Positions 9,835 through 17,842 of a DNA stretch of 64,000 nt are shown in pieces. Each line of letters starts with the position of its first letter. Positions within the stretch are counted from its first letter, which is position 1. Under the pieces are notes generated by a model. The model did not search any database. It worked only from the letters and a program-made list of their open reading frames with translations, and had not been told where the DNA came from. The position numbers and the translations under genes are program-made. The stretch covers positions 3,296,001 through 3,360,000 of the forward strand of contig CBDCDZ010000004.1 in assembly GCA_965215565.1 (NCBI GenBank), read 5' to 3'. The DNA comes from Trueperaceae bacterium (GTDB taxonomy: Bacteria; Deinococcota; Deinococci; Deinococcales; Trueperaceae).

Positions 9835-10818
9835 ATGAAGGTTCACCTCATCGCGGTGCAAGCGGCGATGCAGCTCAGCGACTACAGGAGCGCGCATCAC
9901 TTCGGGGCAAAGGTGCAGGCGCTGACCCGCCGCGCCGTAGCGGGTTTAGACGGCGCGCCCAAGCTCGTCGCCTTTCCTGAGACCATTGGCTTTCCGCTCC
10001 TCGCGTTGGGTGAGTACGAGGCTGTTTCTGAAATGCGCCGCGTATCTGAAGTGATGCGCCACCTCTTGGGGCGCTACTGGCGCGAGGTGCTCCGTGCGGC
10101 GTGGCGCTGGCGCGTGGTTGGGCTCGGGGCGCTGCACCTCGGGCGGGCTCTGCCCGCTTATCTCGCCTACAAGGATGCGTTTAGCGAGGCGGCGCGAACG
10201 TGCGGCGTGACGATCGTCGCAGGCTCGCACTTCCTGCCGCATATCGAAGAGGAGGCGACGAGGGGGGTGCACGTCGCGGACAAGAGGGTCCAGAACGTCG
10301 CTTACAGCTTTTCCCCGACGGGGCGCATCCTCAACCGCTCGAGCAAACGCTACCTCAACCCTGGGGCGGAATCGCGGGTTGGGCTGTCGCCTTCGGGAGA
10401 GTCCGCTCGTCCCTTCGATACACCTGCTGGGCGCGTCGGCGTCGCAATCTGCCTAGACGGATTTTACAGTTCGCCAATCGAACATTTAGATGGGCTCAGC
10501 GCGCAAATCGTGGTGCAGCCGAGCGCGAACCACGCGCCGTGGGATAGAAGGTGGCCCGCTGACCCCTCTCTATCCGAAGGAGAAGCGTGGCTGCATAAGG
10601 GTCTGCGCGCGCAGCTCCAAGGGCGGCTCCACCTGCGCTACGGTGTCAACCCGATGATGGTGGGCGATGTATGGGACTTGTCACCTAGAGGACGCTCCGC
10701 GCTCCTCGCGAACACCTGTTTTGGAGAGGTCGAGACCGAAGGGTATAGAGGGGTGCTGGCGCTCGCGCGTACCCCCGACCAAGAAGAGGTCGTGCGAGCT
10801 GAGGTAACGCTCCCTTAG
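9835..10818 (+). CDS. Carbon-nitrogen hydrolase (nitrilase superfamily)
   Basis: E-K-C triad contexts: AFPE, SKRYL, AICLD. Confidence 0.85.
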   Translation: MKVHLIAVQAAMQLSDYRSAHHFGAKVQALTRRAVAGLDGAPKLVAFPETIGFPLLALGEYEAVSEMRRVSEVMRHLLGRYWREVLRAAWRWRVVGLGALHLGRALPAYLAYKDAFSEAARTCGVTIVAGSHFLPHIEEEATRGVHVADKRVQNVAYSFSPTGRILNRSSKRYLNPGAESRVGLSPSGESARPFDTPAGRVGVAICLDGFYSSPIEHLDGLSAQIVVQPSANHAPWDRRWPADPSLSEGEAWLHKGLRAQLQGRLHLRYGVNPMMVGDVWDLSPRGRSALLANTCFGEVETEGYRGVLALARTPDQEEVVRAEVTLP

Positions 10819-10901
10819 CTGCCGCGTAAGGAATCCTACATTCTCCTGTCATCCCGCTGTAAACGGTTTCGAAAGGCGCTTAAAGGCGTTAGAGTAGGAG
10901 G

Positions 10902-11720
10902 GTGACTGGAACGTTAGGACTCTTCTCCTTAGTCGACCTCTTTCAACTTTTAACGGCGTCCTCGAGGACGGGCCGCCTTTTAGTCGAACATCCCGAAGGC
11001 ACCGCGCGCGTCTATTTCGATAGAGGCAAGGTTGTGCACGCTGAGTTCGGCGCGTCGCGCGGTGTAGAGGCGGTCTACAGTCTTTTTGGCGACGAGCGCG
11101 GCTCCTTCGAATTTGGGCTGGGCTTGCCCGCTCCCGATACGACGATCCAGACGAGCACCGACAACCTGCTCCTAGAGGCGATCCGCCGCGTGGACGAGTA
11201 CCGCCGCGACAACCCCGAGCCGAGCCCGCCCCCCTACACGCCCGACGCCGTACCCGCGCCCGCCAAAGAGGACGCGGACGGGCTCGCGCTCGCCGACAAA
11301 GAGGCGGAGGTGCTACGCCTCGCGAACGGCGGACGTAACTTAGACGAGATCGCGCAGAGCGCGGGGCTAGGGCTTGACGAGGTCCGGGAGATCGTCTCGC
11401 GACTTTCGCAGGTGGGGGCGCTCGAGCTGCAGAACAAAAAGCCCCGCGTCGCGCGGCTCGTCACGCAGCTCGGCAAGCGTTTGCCGAGGGGCACTGTCGG
11501 CGTTGACGAGCAGATTCTGGCGAACTGGGCGCGGCTGCTCGGCGAGCCTACCGTGCGCGTCGCGTGTCGCCGCCCGGATGGAAAGGTGGACGTTTACGCC
11601 GCGCAAGGCGTGACAGGCGCGGGTCCCTACCTGCTCCTCTCGAAAGAGACGCTCTTCGCCGCGAACCTCTCGGTCAACACGGCGCTGCTCGTTAAACCCG
11701 CGAACGGGCTTAGTCAGTAG
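10902..11720 (+). CDS. DUF4388 (PatA-N-like) domain protein with central HTH
   Basis: G.L..FSL.DLFQLL....RTG.L, F..G.VVHA, LLLEA.RRVDE; wHTH-like middle segment. Confidence 0.8.
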   Translation: MTGTLGLFSLVDLFQLLTASSRTGRLLVEHPEGTARVYFDRGKVVHAEFGASRGVEAVYSLFGDERGSFEFGLGLPAPDTTIQTSTDNLLLEAIRRVDEYRRDNPEPSPPPYTPDAVPAPAKEDADGLALADKEAEVLRLANGGRNLDEIAQSAGLGLDEVREIVSRLSQVGALELQNKKPRVARLVTQLGKRLPRGTVGVDEQILANWARLLGEPTVRVACRRPDGKVDVYAAQGVTGAGPYLLLSKETLFAANLSVNTALLVKPANGLSQ

Positions 11721-11744
11721 CGTGTCGAGGTTCGTCTAATTGAG

Positions 11745-12622
11745 TAGACCTCTTGCAAAAGTCATGAATCGAGGTTGGCGTTGATGAGCCCGGCGATGAG
11801 GTTGAAGCGTAAGGAGAAGCGCTTGCGCCTATTACGGTAAGTTTCTTTGAGGATACGCCAGATCTTGAGCGAACGAATCACATGTTCTACCGCGATGCGG
11901 AAGCGTCCTAGAGCGCGGTTGTGTTGTTTGGCTTCATCACTAAGCTCACCGCCCTTAGGCTTTTTGACGGGCAAGCAGGTCTGTGGATGACGCGTTGCTA
12001 AGCCTTGATAGCCGCTATCAGCGACGTACCAGACTTCAGGTTTACACCTAGGGGCTGTTTCTTTGAACAGCTTGTAGTCGTGCTTGGGACCTTTGGCGTG
12101 GGCTGTTGAAAGAATCCTCGTGTCACTTGCGTCTACCAGCACTTGACTCTTCAGCGTGTGGCGCTGCTTTTTTCCGCTAAAGTAACGTCGCTCCTTTTTT
12201 TGGGCTTCTCAATAGGCGTCTCGGTGACATCAATCAAGACGACAGTCCACTCAATCTCTTCCACCTCGCGCCTTTTAGGTAAGCTGAACTTGCCTGAAGC
12301 GATGAGTACGTCTTCAATCCGTGTGATGATCCGGTTCGCTGTGGACTCGTGCAGTCCGTAACTCGCCGCAATATGAAACTGCGTCCTGTATTCGCGCCAG
12401 TACGACAGCGCTAAGAGCAGTTTGTCCTCCAAGCTGAGTTTGCTTGTGCGTCCCGCCTTCTTCTTCTGCCGTTCAGCTTCTCCTAGAACGTCGAGCATCT
12501 GTTTGAACACACCAGGCTTGACGCCTGTCAAACGTCTGAACCCTTCTGGCGCTAGTCCTCTAATCTCTTCGTATCGCATAGCCTTACTTTGCAGCTATAT
12601 GTCTACTTTTGCAAGAGGTCTA
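11745..12622 (-). mobile_element. Insertion sequence, IS5 family (ISL2-like), about 878 bp
   Basis: Perfect 18-bp terminal inverted repeats TAGACCTCTTGCAAAAGT / ACTTTTGCAAGAGGTCTA (outer TA may be the target duplication) enclosing a split transposase. Confidence 0.93.
11762..12579 (-). CDS. Transposase, two ORFs joined by a probable -1 frameshift
   Basis: ORF A HTH (YWREYRT, IDVTE); -1 shift at the A7 run (12195-12201) gives KERRYFSGKKQRHTLKSQVL into ORF B with ADSGYQG and RIAVEHV. Confidence 0.88.
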
Positions 12623-12850
12623 GTAAGTCAGCGTGGGCAAAACTGTCTGAGGAGACACCTCGCTTTACTCTTGAACGATAGTTGCGAAGCGTTATCTTGT
12701 ACGCTTTCCGGTTAATTCCCGTAGGAATCAACCCAAGTGTAACGAGCAGAAGCACGTACAGATTCCGATGATAGCGGAATAAACTCTGCAAGAGTTTATA
12801 TGGCAATCAATCGGAATCCATATTACGTAGCAGAACTGCTAAACTAGGGG

Positions 12851-13894
12851 ATGCAAGTGCGCGACACCTCTCACCCTGTGACTGACGTGCCCCAAGCCTC
12901 CCTGCTCGGCGCGCCGCGTGGTGGTGCGCTGGTGCAGTGGCGGCGCTACCCTTTTCCGCTCGAGTGGACGCGCCATTTCGATATGCCCTCGGACGTTCCG
13001 GTGCATTTAGAGATTGGTTTTGGCGACGGGCGCTACACCGTGCGGCGCGCCGCCGACGCGGGTGGCGAAGCGTTCGTGGGCTTGGAGATTTCTGGCGCGA
13101 GCTTGCTACGCGGGCTCAAAAATATCGAGCGCCACAAGGTCACGAATGTGCGTCTCCTCAAAGCGAACGCGAACTTCGCGGTGCGGCACCTTTTCGCGCC
13201 GCGTTCGCTCGCGTCCATAACCGTGAATTTCCCTGACCCCTGGCCCAAAGAAAAACACGAAGAGAACCGCCTCTTGCGCGCGCCCTTTTTCGAGTTAGCG
13301 GCGAGCCGCCTCGTCTCCGGCGGCGAGATTCGCCTCGCGACGGACCACCCGGCCTATCTCGAGTTCGCCCGAGCGCAGGCGCGGCAGACGGAACGCTTCG
13401 ACCTTCGCGAAGCGACGCCGCCCGCAGCGGTATTCGAGACTAAGTACGCGCTCAAGTGGACCGCGCAGGGAAAGCCGCTCTACTACCAGATTTTCACCTA
13501 CCGGGGTGCGCCGGCTCCTGAATTCTCCAGCCTAGAAAGAGTTGATACGATGCCTCACGCGATCCTTACGGGCACACTGCCGGGTCACGCGCCTTTTGCT
13601 AAGCAAGTCGTCCCTTACGCTTCGGGTCACGTCATCTTGCACGAGGTGGCGCGCTCACTCAGCGGCTCGGATGCGGGTGAGCGCCTGCTCGTTCGCACGA
13701 CGATCGAAGAGCGAGACTTGCGGCAACAAGTTTTAGTGACGGTGCGCCCACGCGGGTCAGGTGAGCTGATCGTAAGTCTAGAACCCTTCGGCGATCCCAT
13801 CGTTACCGAGGCCACGCGCGGCGCAGTGCACGCCGTGACCGAGTGGCTGCTGAGCTTGCCCGCCGAAATTCGGGTGAAAGCTAGGTCTTACTGA
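12851..13894 (+). CDS. trmB: tRNA (guanine-N7)-methyltransferase with C-terminal extension
   Basis: LEIGFGDG, NFPDPWPK..H, LATD, TKYA. Confidence 0.92.
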   Translation: MQVRDTSHPVTDVPQASLLGAPRGGALVQWRRYPFPLEWTRHFDMPSDVPVHLEIGFGDGRYTVRRAADAGGEAFVGLEISGASLLRGLKNIERHKVTNVRLLKANANFAVRHLFAPRSLASITVNFPDPWPKEKHEENRLLRAPFFELAASRLVSGGEIRLATDHPAYLEFARAQARQTERFDLREATPPAAVFETKYALKWTAQGKPLYYQIFTYRGAPAPEFSSLERVDTMPHAILTGTLPGHAPFAKQVVPYASGHVILHEVARSLSGSDAGERLLVRTTIEERDLRQQVLVTVRPRGSGELIVSLEPFGDPIVTEATRGAVHAVTEWLLSLPAEIRVKARSY

Positions 13895-14472
13895 TGGCTC
13901 CTGGGTCCGAGGAAAGGGCGACTCATGAACCCACCCCGGCGGTAAGGCGCAAAGCTGAGGCTGCCGGGATAGACTTAGACACCCTTAGGCAGAGCGATCC
14001 GACTGCCTATGCGGTGCTCAACGCGCAGCGCACGGTGCAGCTTGACCCGGCACTTAAAGAGGTGGCGGGAAGGACCCTCTTCGCCGCCTTTCCCGAGCGC
14101 CAGCTTTTTGATATGCCGCAAGGTGCACCAGGCGGTAAGACGCTCAGCCTGCTCATCTTTCCGCCTCTGGATAGCGACGAGTTAGCGCGTTTAGATGCGG
14201 TGCTCGCTGAGTTAGCGACGCAAGTACCGTCTCAATACGCTTTTTACCGTGTTGTTACCGACGTAGCAGGCGAACGGCGCGAACTTGCGCTGCCCGTCGC
14301 GCCCGGCGATTGGCGCGGGCAAGCTGGCGTTATGGTGGGACCGTTCGAGAGCGAGTCGGCAGCCGGCGCGTGGGGTGAAACGCATGTAGACGCCTCGAGC
14401 GGTTTAGTCAGCGACGTTTTGCCCTACAACGGTGCGTGGTTCTGCGACCTCTTTCGGGGCAATTCTCTTTAG
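13894..14472 (+). CDS. Hypothetical protein coupled to trmB
   Basis: 192-aa ORF, TGATG stop/start overlap with trmB. Confidence 0.7.
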   Translation: MAPGSEERATHEPTPAVRRKAEAAGIDLDTLRQSDPTAYAVLNAQRTVQLDPALKEVAGRTLFAAFPERQLFDMPQGAPGGKTLSLLIFPPLDSDELARLDAVLAELATQVPSQYAFYRVVTDVAGERRELALPVAPGDWRGQAGVMVGPFESESAAGAWGETHVDASSGLVSDVLPYNGAWFCDLFRGNSL

Positions 14473-14511
14473 CTGCAGGGCTGCCTGCAAAGCCCCTTCA
14501 CCGGACTTGCG

Positions 14512-14793
14512 CTAACTCAAGCCAGGTGTAGACGCTACCTGCTCGAGCCGCAACCGCGAACCGTCCTCCAAGGTCAAATCTCCGTCAGCGGTAACGCTGT
14601 CTACGATGATCGTGCCGGGGCGCACCTGTCCGCCCGTTAGAGTAGCGACTTTGTAAGCGATAAAGTTGTCGCGGTAGATGAGCAGTTCCGCGCCATCTGC
14701 GCTGTTTACGCAGGTGGCTAGCTCGAGGTTCTCCTGCTTTAGAGCCCGCTTGCGCTCGGGTGAGGTGATGACGACGTAACGTTTGTTGAGCAT
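14512..14793 (-). CDS. Small hypothetical protein
   Basis: 93-aa ORF with protein-like composition, GGGGG upstream of the start, shared hairpin with the convergent gene. Confidence 0.6.
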   Translation of the reverse strand: MLNKRYVVITSPERKRALKQENLELATCVNSADGAELLIYRDNFIAYKVATLTGGQVRPGTIIVDSVTADGDLTLEDGSRLRLEQVASTPGLS

Positions 14794-15359
14794 GATGCCC
14801 CCATTTCTGTCTAGGTTGTTTCTCGACTGTTCCTGTTTTAGCTGCCCTGTGTAAGGTTGTCGCAGCGCTGCGTTTTACAAACGCTTGTGACGAGAACTTA
14901 CAATACTGTAAAAAAAGTAACGGGCGGGGTCATGTGTCACGGTGTTTCTACACACCTTGAGGTGATCTGAATTATGGGATGTTGCCTTTAGGACGAGTGG
15001 TCAAAATTTATCCCGAAGGTCAAATTCACCTCTTCACGCTTAGAACAAACTTACTCACTGAAAATGCTGATAGATATACACACTTTAGAATAAAATCCCG
15101 CCAACGCCTCGAGCTGAAGTCTGAGTGGCGTCTCGTTCGGTGCGCGAAAAAGCTGGAGTCGTGTGAGCGATACTTTGCTCCGTAGCAAGGCGCAGGTTTT
15201 GGTTCGTTGCGAAAGCTATATGGTATAACTTACACCACACTAAAAGTTAATTAAGCTACATTAGGCGCTCCGCAGTTCGAATTATCCTCCTAACGTGCAA
15301 TACTAAGAGATATTTTGAGCTGCACGGCTAATGATTCGGGGGAGGGGGTGAAAAGAGAG

Positions 15360-16289
15360 ATGAACGACGTGGACGAAGCTGCGCTGCCGCAAGGACTCTC
15401 CCTTCGTAAAAAAGGGGAGAGCTTAGAGACGGTCTCCTCGAAAGCCATCGAGGTGCAGCTTCTGGCGGCGGGGCAGGGCGTAGAGATTCTTGAAGGAAAA
15501 TTGGGTAAGGGCAAGCGAATAACGCTCGTCCCTTCGGGTAAAGCGCTAGAGACATACTATATTTTGGAGGGACAGTTGCGTAGCGATAGCGATGCTGCCG
15601 CCAGGTCTATAGCTGTGGATGCGGGAGATTACCTCGTGACGGAGTCGCTAGCAGAATCTTACACCCTACTCGCGCAAACTGACGTTCGCTTTCTCTACTT
15701 CACCTCACAACCCACCTTTCACGAGATAAGCGAAGAGTTGGGCGATCTGATGCGGCTCGCCGTCGAAGTCGAAGTCAAGGACGGTTACACCGCCGAGCAT
15801 TGCAGGCGGTTACAGGTGCTCTCCTACGCGGCGGGACAGGAACTCGGCTTGGCGCAAGACAGGCTCTACCTTTTGGATTACGGCGCATATTTACACGATG
15901 TAGGCAAAGTCAAAGTGCCCGCCAACATCCTGCGCAAGCCCTCCACGCTGACCCAAGCGGAATGGGCGCTGATGAAAAAGCACCCTACGTTCGGGCGCGA
16001 ACTGCTCGAGAAAACCTACCTTAAAAGAGCCGGCGTCATCGTCGAACAGCATCACGAGCGTTTAGACGGAAGTGGCTACCCCCACGCACTCTCCGGGGAG
16101 GACGTCCTCATCGAGTCCTATATCGTCGCCGTCGCAGACGCCTACGACGCGATGACCACAGACCGCCCCTACCGCCGCGCCGCGCCGCCAGAGCAAGCGT
16201 TTATCGAACTTAGGAAATACGCCGGGATATACTACCCGAAAGAGGTCGTGCGCGCCTTTATTTCGGTTGTGATGAGAAAAGCGCTGTAA
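15360..16289 (+). CDS. Cupin-like N-terminal domain fused to HD-GYP phosphodiesterase (predicted c-di-GMP hydrolase)
   Basis: LHDVGK, HHERLDGSGYP, VADAYDAMTTDRPYR; N-terminal E.YYILEG.L...GDYL beta-barrel signature; start ATG 15360 or GTG 15348. Confidence 0.9.
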   Translation: MNDVDEAALPQGLSLRKKGESLETVSSKAIEVQLLAAGQGVEILEGKLGKGKRITLVPSGKALETYYILEGQLRSDSDAAARSIAVDAGDYLVTESLAESYTLLAQTDVRFLYFTSQPTFHEISEELGDLMRLAVEVEVKDGYTAEHCRRLQVLSYAAGQELGLAQDRLYLLDYGAYLHDVGKVKVPANILRKPSTLTQAEWALMKKHPTFGRELLEKTYLKRAGVIVEQHHERLDGSGYPHALSGEDVLIESYIVAVADAYDAMTTDRPYRRAAPPEQAFIELRKYAGIYYPKEVVRAFISVVMRKAL

Positions 16290-16776
16290 TACCAAAGTGA
16301 TTTAAGGGTGTCACAAAGTGACAGCCTTAAACGCTCTATGAGCGTAACTTCTAACGTCCTCACATTGTGACACCTCCTTTTCAGTCTGGTATAACACTAA
16401 CAATCTGCGAACACTCAACCAAAACAAACTGGACGCTGTTACGGTTCTGCGTGACGCTTCTCCACCCTCTGAGCGCTCGGGCGGTACGCCGAAGCGTAGA
16501 CTTTTTTGGTACTTGCGTACTCCCTCCTAACTATTGAAAGCGGTATTTCTATACGCTGACGCCGCACAGTTCAGCCGTAAAGTATGAGAACGCTTTTTAC
16601 GTTAATAACTTCATAAGGCCCGCTCCAATCGGATAAGAAGAATCTCACGCACTATTAAAAAAGCTTCTATGAGTTCTCAGTGTGCTCGATGTCACTCGGT
16701 TTCATCTTTGTGAAAAGTCCGCCACGGAGTATTTCAGTACCCATGATACGTTGTGTTTCGAGGTTGATAAGCCTCA

Positions 16777-16867
16777 TCGGAAGCGACGACTTCTGTCCCG
16801 CAAGGAGCTTTGCTAAAGGCTCTTCTGGGCGCTTGGGACAGAAGAAGCTAGTAGCGCAACCGGCCGG
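16777..16867 (+). ncRNA. c-di-GMP-II riboswitch aptamer
   Basis: CGG-AAGC-GACGA-CTTCTGTCC...CTGGGCGCTTG-GGACAGAAG-AAGCTAGTAGCGCAACCGGCCG fits the class II consensus (GGAA.C...GGGCRCUUG...GYUAGUAGYGCAACCGRCC); P1, P2, P3 and pseudoknot pairings all form. Confidence 0.88.
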
Positions 16868-16935
16868 GACGCTCTTCCGGACAACTTGAAAAGCTTTGGA
16901 AAACCGGAGCACGCCATATCAGGGAGGATATGAAA

Positions 16936-17067
16936 ATGAAAAAGTCACTCATCAAAGCGTTGGTTCTTGCTCTTACTCTTACTGCGTTTGGTACAGTTTC
17001 GACAGCGAGCGCTGCCGAAGGTTCGGACAAGGCTCCGTCAGTTCAAAAGTTTAGAGTCAACTGCTAA
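16936..17067 (+). CDS. Secreted micro-peptide precursor 1 (43 aa)
   Basis: GGGAGG 8 nt upstream; MKKSLIKALVLALTLTAFGTVSTASAAEGSDKAPSVQKFRVNC*; Sec signal ending in ASA; paralog immediately downstream. Confidence 0.85.
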   Translation: MKKSLIKALVLALTLTAFGTVSTASAAEGSDKAPSVQKFRVNC

Positions 17068-17087
17068 AGATTAAAAGTTCACCAACG

Positions 17088-17120
17088 AACTCCTCTACGA
17101 AGACGTAGAGGAGTTTTCTC
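17088..17120 (+). terminator. Intrinsic terminator after peptide 1
   Basis: 12-bp perfect stem AACTCCTCTACG-AAGA-CGTAGAGGAGTT followed by a T-rich tail. Confidence 0.85.
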
Positions 17121-17204
17121 TTACCTCTTTTTTGCTGTGAAGTTTTCCACATTGTGGTTGACGCCCTGCAGACGAAATTTAGGGGTAAAAGAGAGAGGGT
17201 ACAC

Positions 17205-17330
17205 ATGAAGAAACTCACAAGCTTAACGCTCGTTTTGATGCTGGCTATCTGCGGTTTTTCTGTGGCGTCTGCGGGTGCTGCATCTTCAGACGGTGAGCCG
17301 TCAACTCAGAAGTACAGAGTCAACCGTTAA
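17205..17330 (+). CDS. Secreted micro-peptide precursor 2 (41 aa)
   Basis: GAGGGT RBS; MKKLTSLTLVLMLAICGFSVASAGAASSDGEPSTQKYRVNR*; same architecture and C-terminal motif as peptide 1. Confidence 0.85.
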   Translation: MKKLTSLTLVLMLAICGFSVASAGAASSDGEPSTQKYRVNR

Positions 17331-17351
17331 GGCTGTAAGCAACATACTCGG

Positions 17352-17383
17352 GCGTCTCCGCGCAGAAGCGGAGGCGCTTTTTT
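17352..17383 (+). terminator. Intrinsic terminator after peptide 2
   Basis: GCGTCTCCGC-GCAGAA-GCGGAGGCGC then TTTTTT. Confidence 0.85.
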
Positions 17384-17410
17384 ATGTTCTGTCTAATTCA
17401 TACTCCAAGG

Positions 17411-17839
17411 CTAAAGGTCACGCGCCAAAAAGCGGATTGCCGCTTCGTAACCATGTACCCCTAGCCCTGCAATCGTACCCACACAGACCGCCGAGAGGTA
17501 GCTGTGATGCCTGAAGGCTTCCCTAGCGTAGACGTTGGAAATATGCACCTCGACGACGGGTACGTGAATACCGGAGACCGCGTCGCGTAGCGAGACGGAG
17601 GTGTGGGTTAGACCGCCGGGGTTGATGACGATACCTTTTGCGCCTTCATCCGCAGCCCCGTGAAGCCAGTCGATAAGCTGACCTTCGTAGTTGCTTTGGC
17701 GGCACTGCGCCTCTGTGCCCACCTCAACCGCCCAGCTTTCACACTGGGCTTCTAGGTCGCTAAGGGTTGCCTTGCCATATACGTCAGGCTCGCGTCTGCC
17801 CAAGAGGTTGAGGTTGGGACCGTTGAGGATCAAGATCAT
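17411..17839 (-). CDS. aroQ: Type II 3-dehydroquinate dehydratase
   Basis: LNGPNLNLLGRREPDVYG, INPGGLTHTS, EVHISN. Confidence 0.96.
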   Translation of the reverse strand: MILILNGPNLNLLGRREPDVYGKATLSDLEAQCESWAVEVGTEAQCRQSNYEGQLIDWLHGAADEGAKGIVINPGGLTHTSVSLRDAVSGIHVPVVEVHISNVYAREAFRHHSYLSAVCVGTIAGLGVHGYEAAIRFLARDL

Positions 17840-17842
17840 GGC

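Noticed and set aside
12630..12700. GGGCAAAACTGTC as a c-di-GMP-I riboswitch
   Set aside because: Lacks the GAAA tetraloop/receptor and the GCAAAGC-P2 elements.
13500..13894. TrmB C-terminal extension as a novel fusion
   Set aside because: Extended TrmB proteins are already known, e.g. in Thermus.
16680..16889. 69-aa ORF over the riboswitch, plus antisense ORFs 16667-16912 and 16848-17030
   Set aside because: No RBS or protein-like features; the sequence is better explained by the aptamer and peptide 1.
17205..17330. LAIC in peptide 2 as a lipobox
   Set aside because: Ile at -1 is non-canonical, the paralog has no Cys there, and an AxA site follows.
16936..17330. Peptides as RiPP or bacteriocin precursors
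   Set aside because: Sec-type leaders with no adjacent radical SAM, lanthionine synthetase, peptidase-ABC or immunity gene; not excluded if enzymes act in trans.
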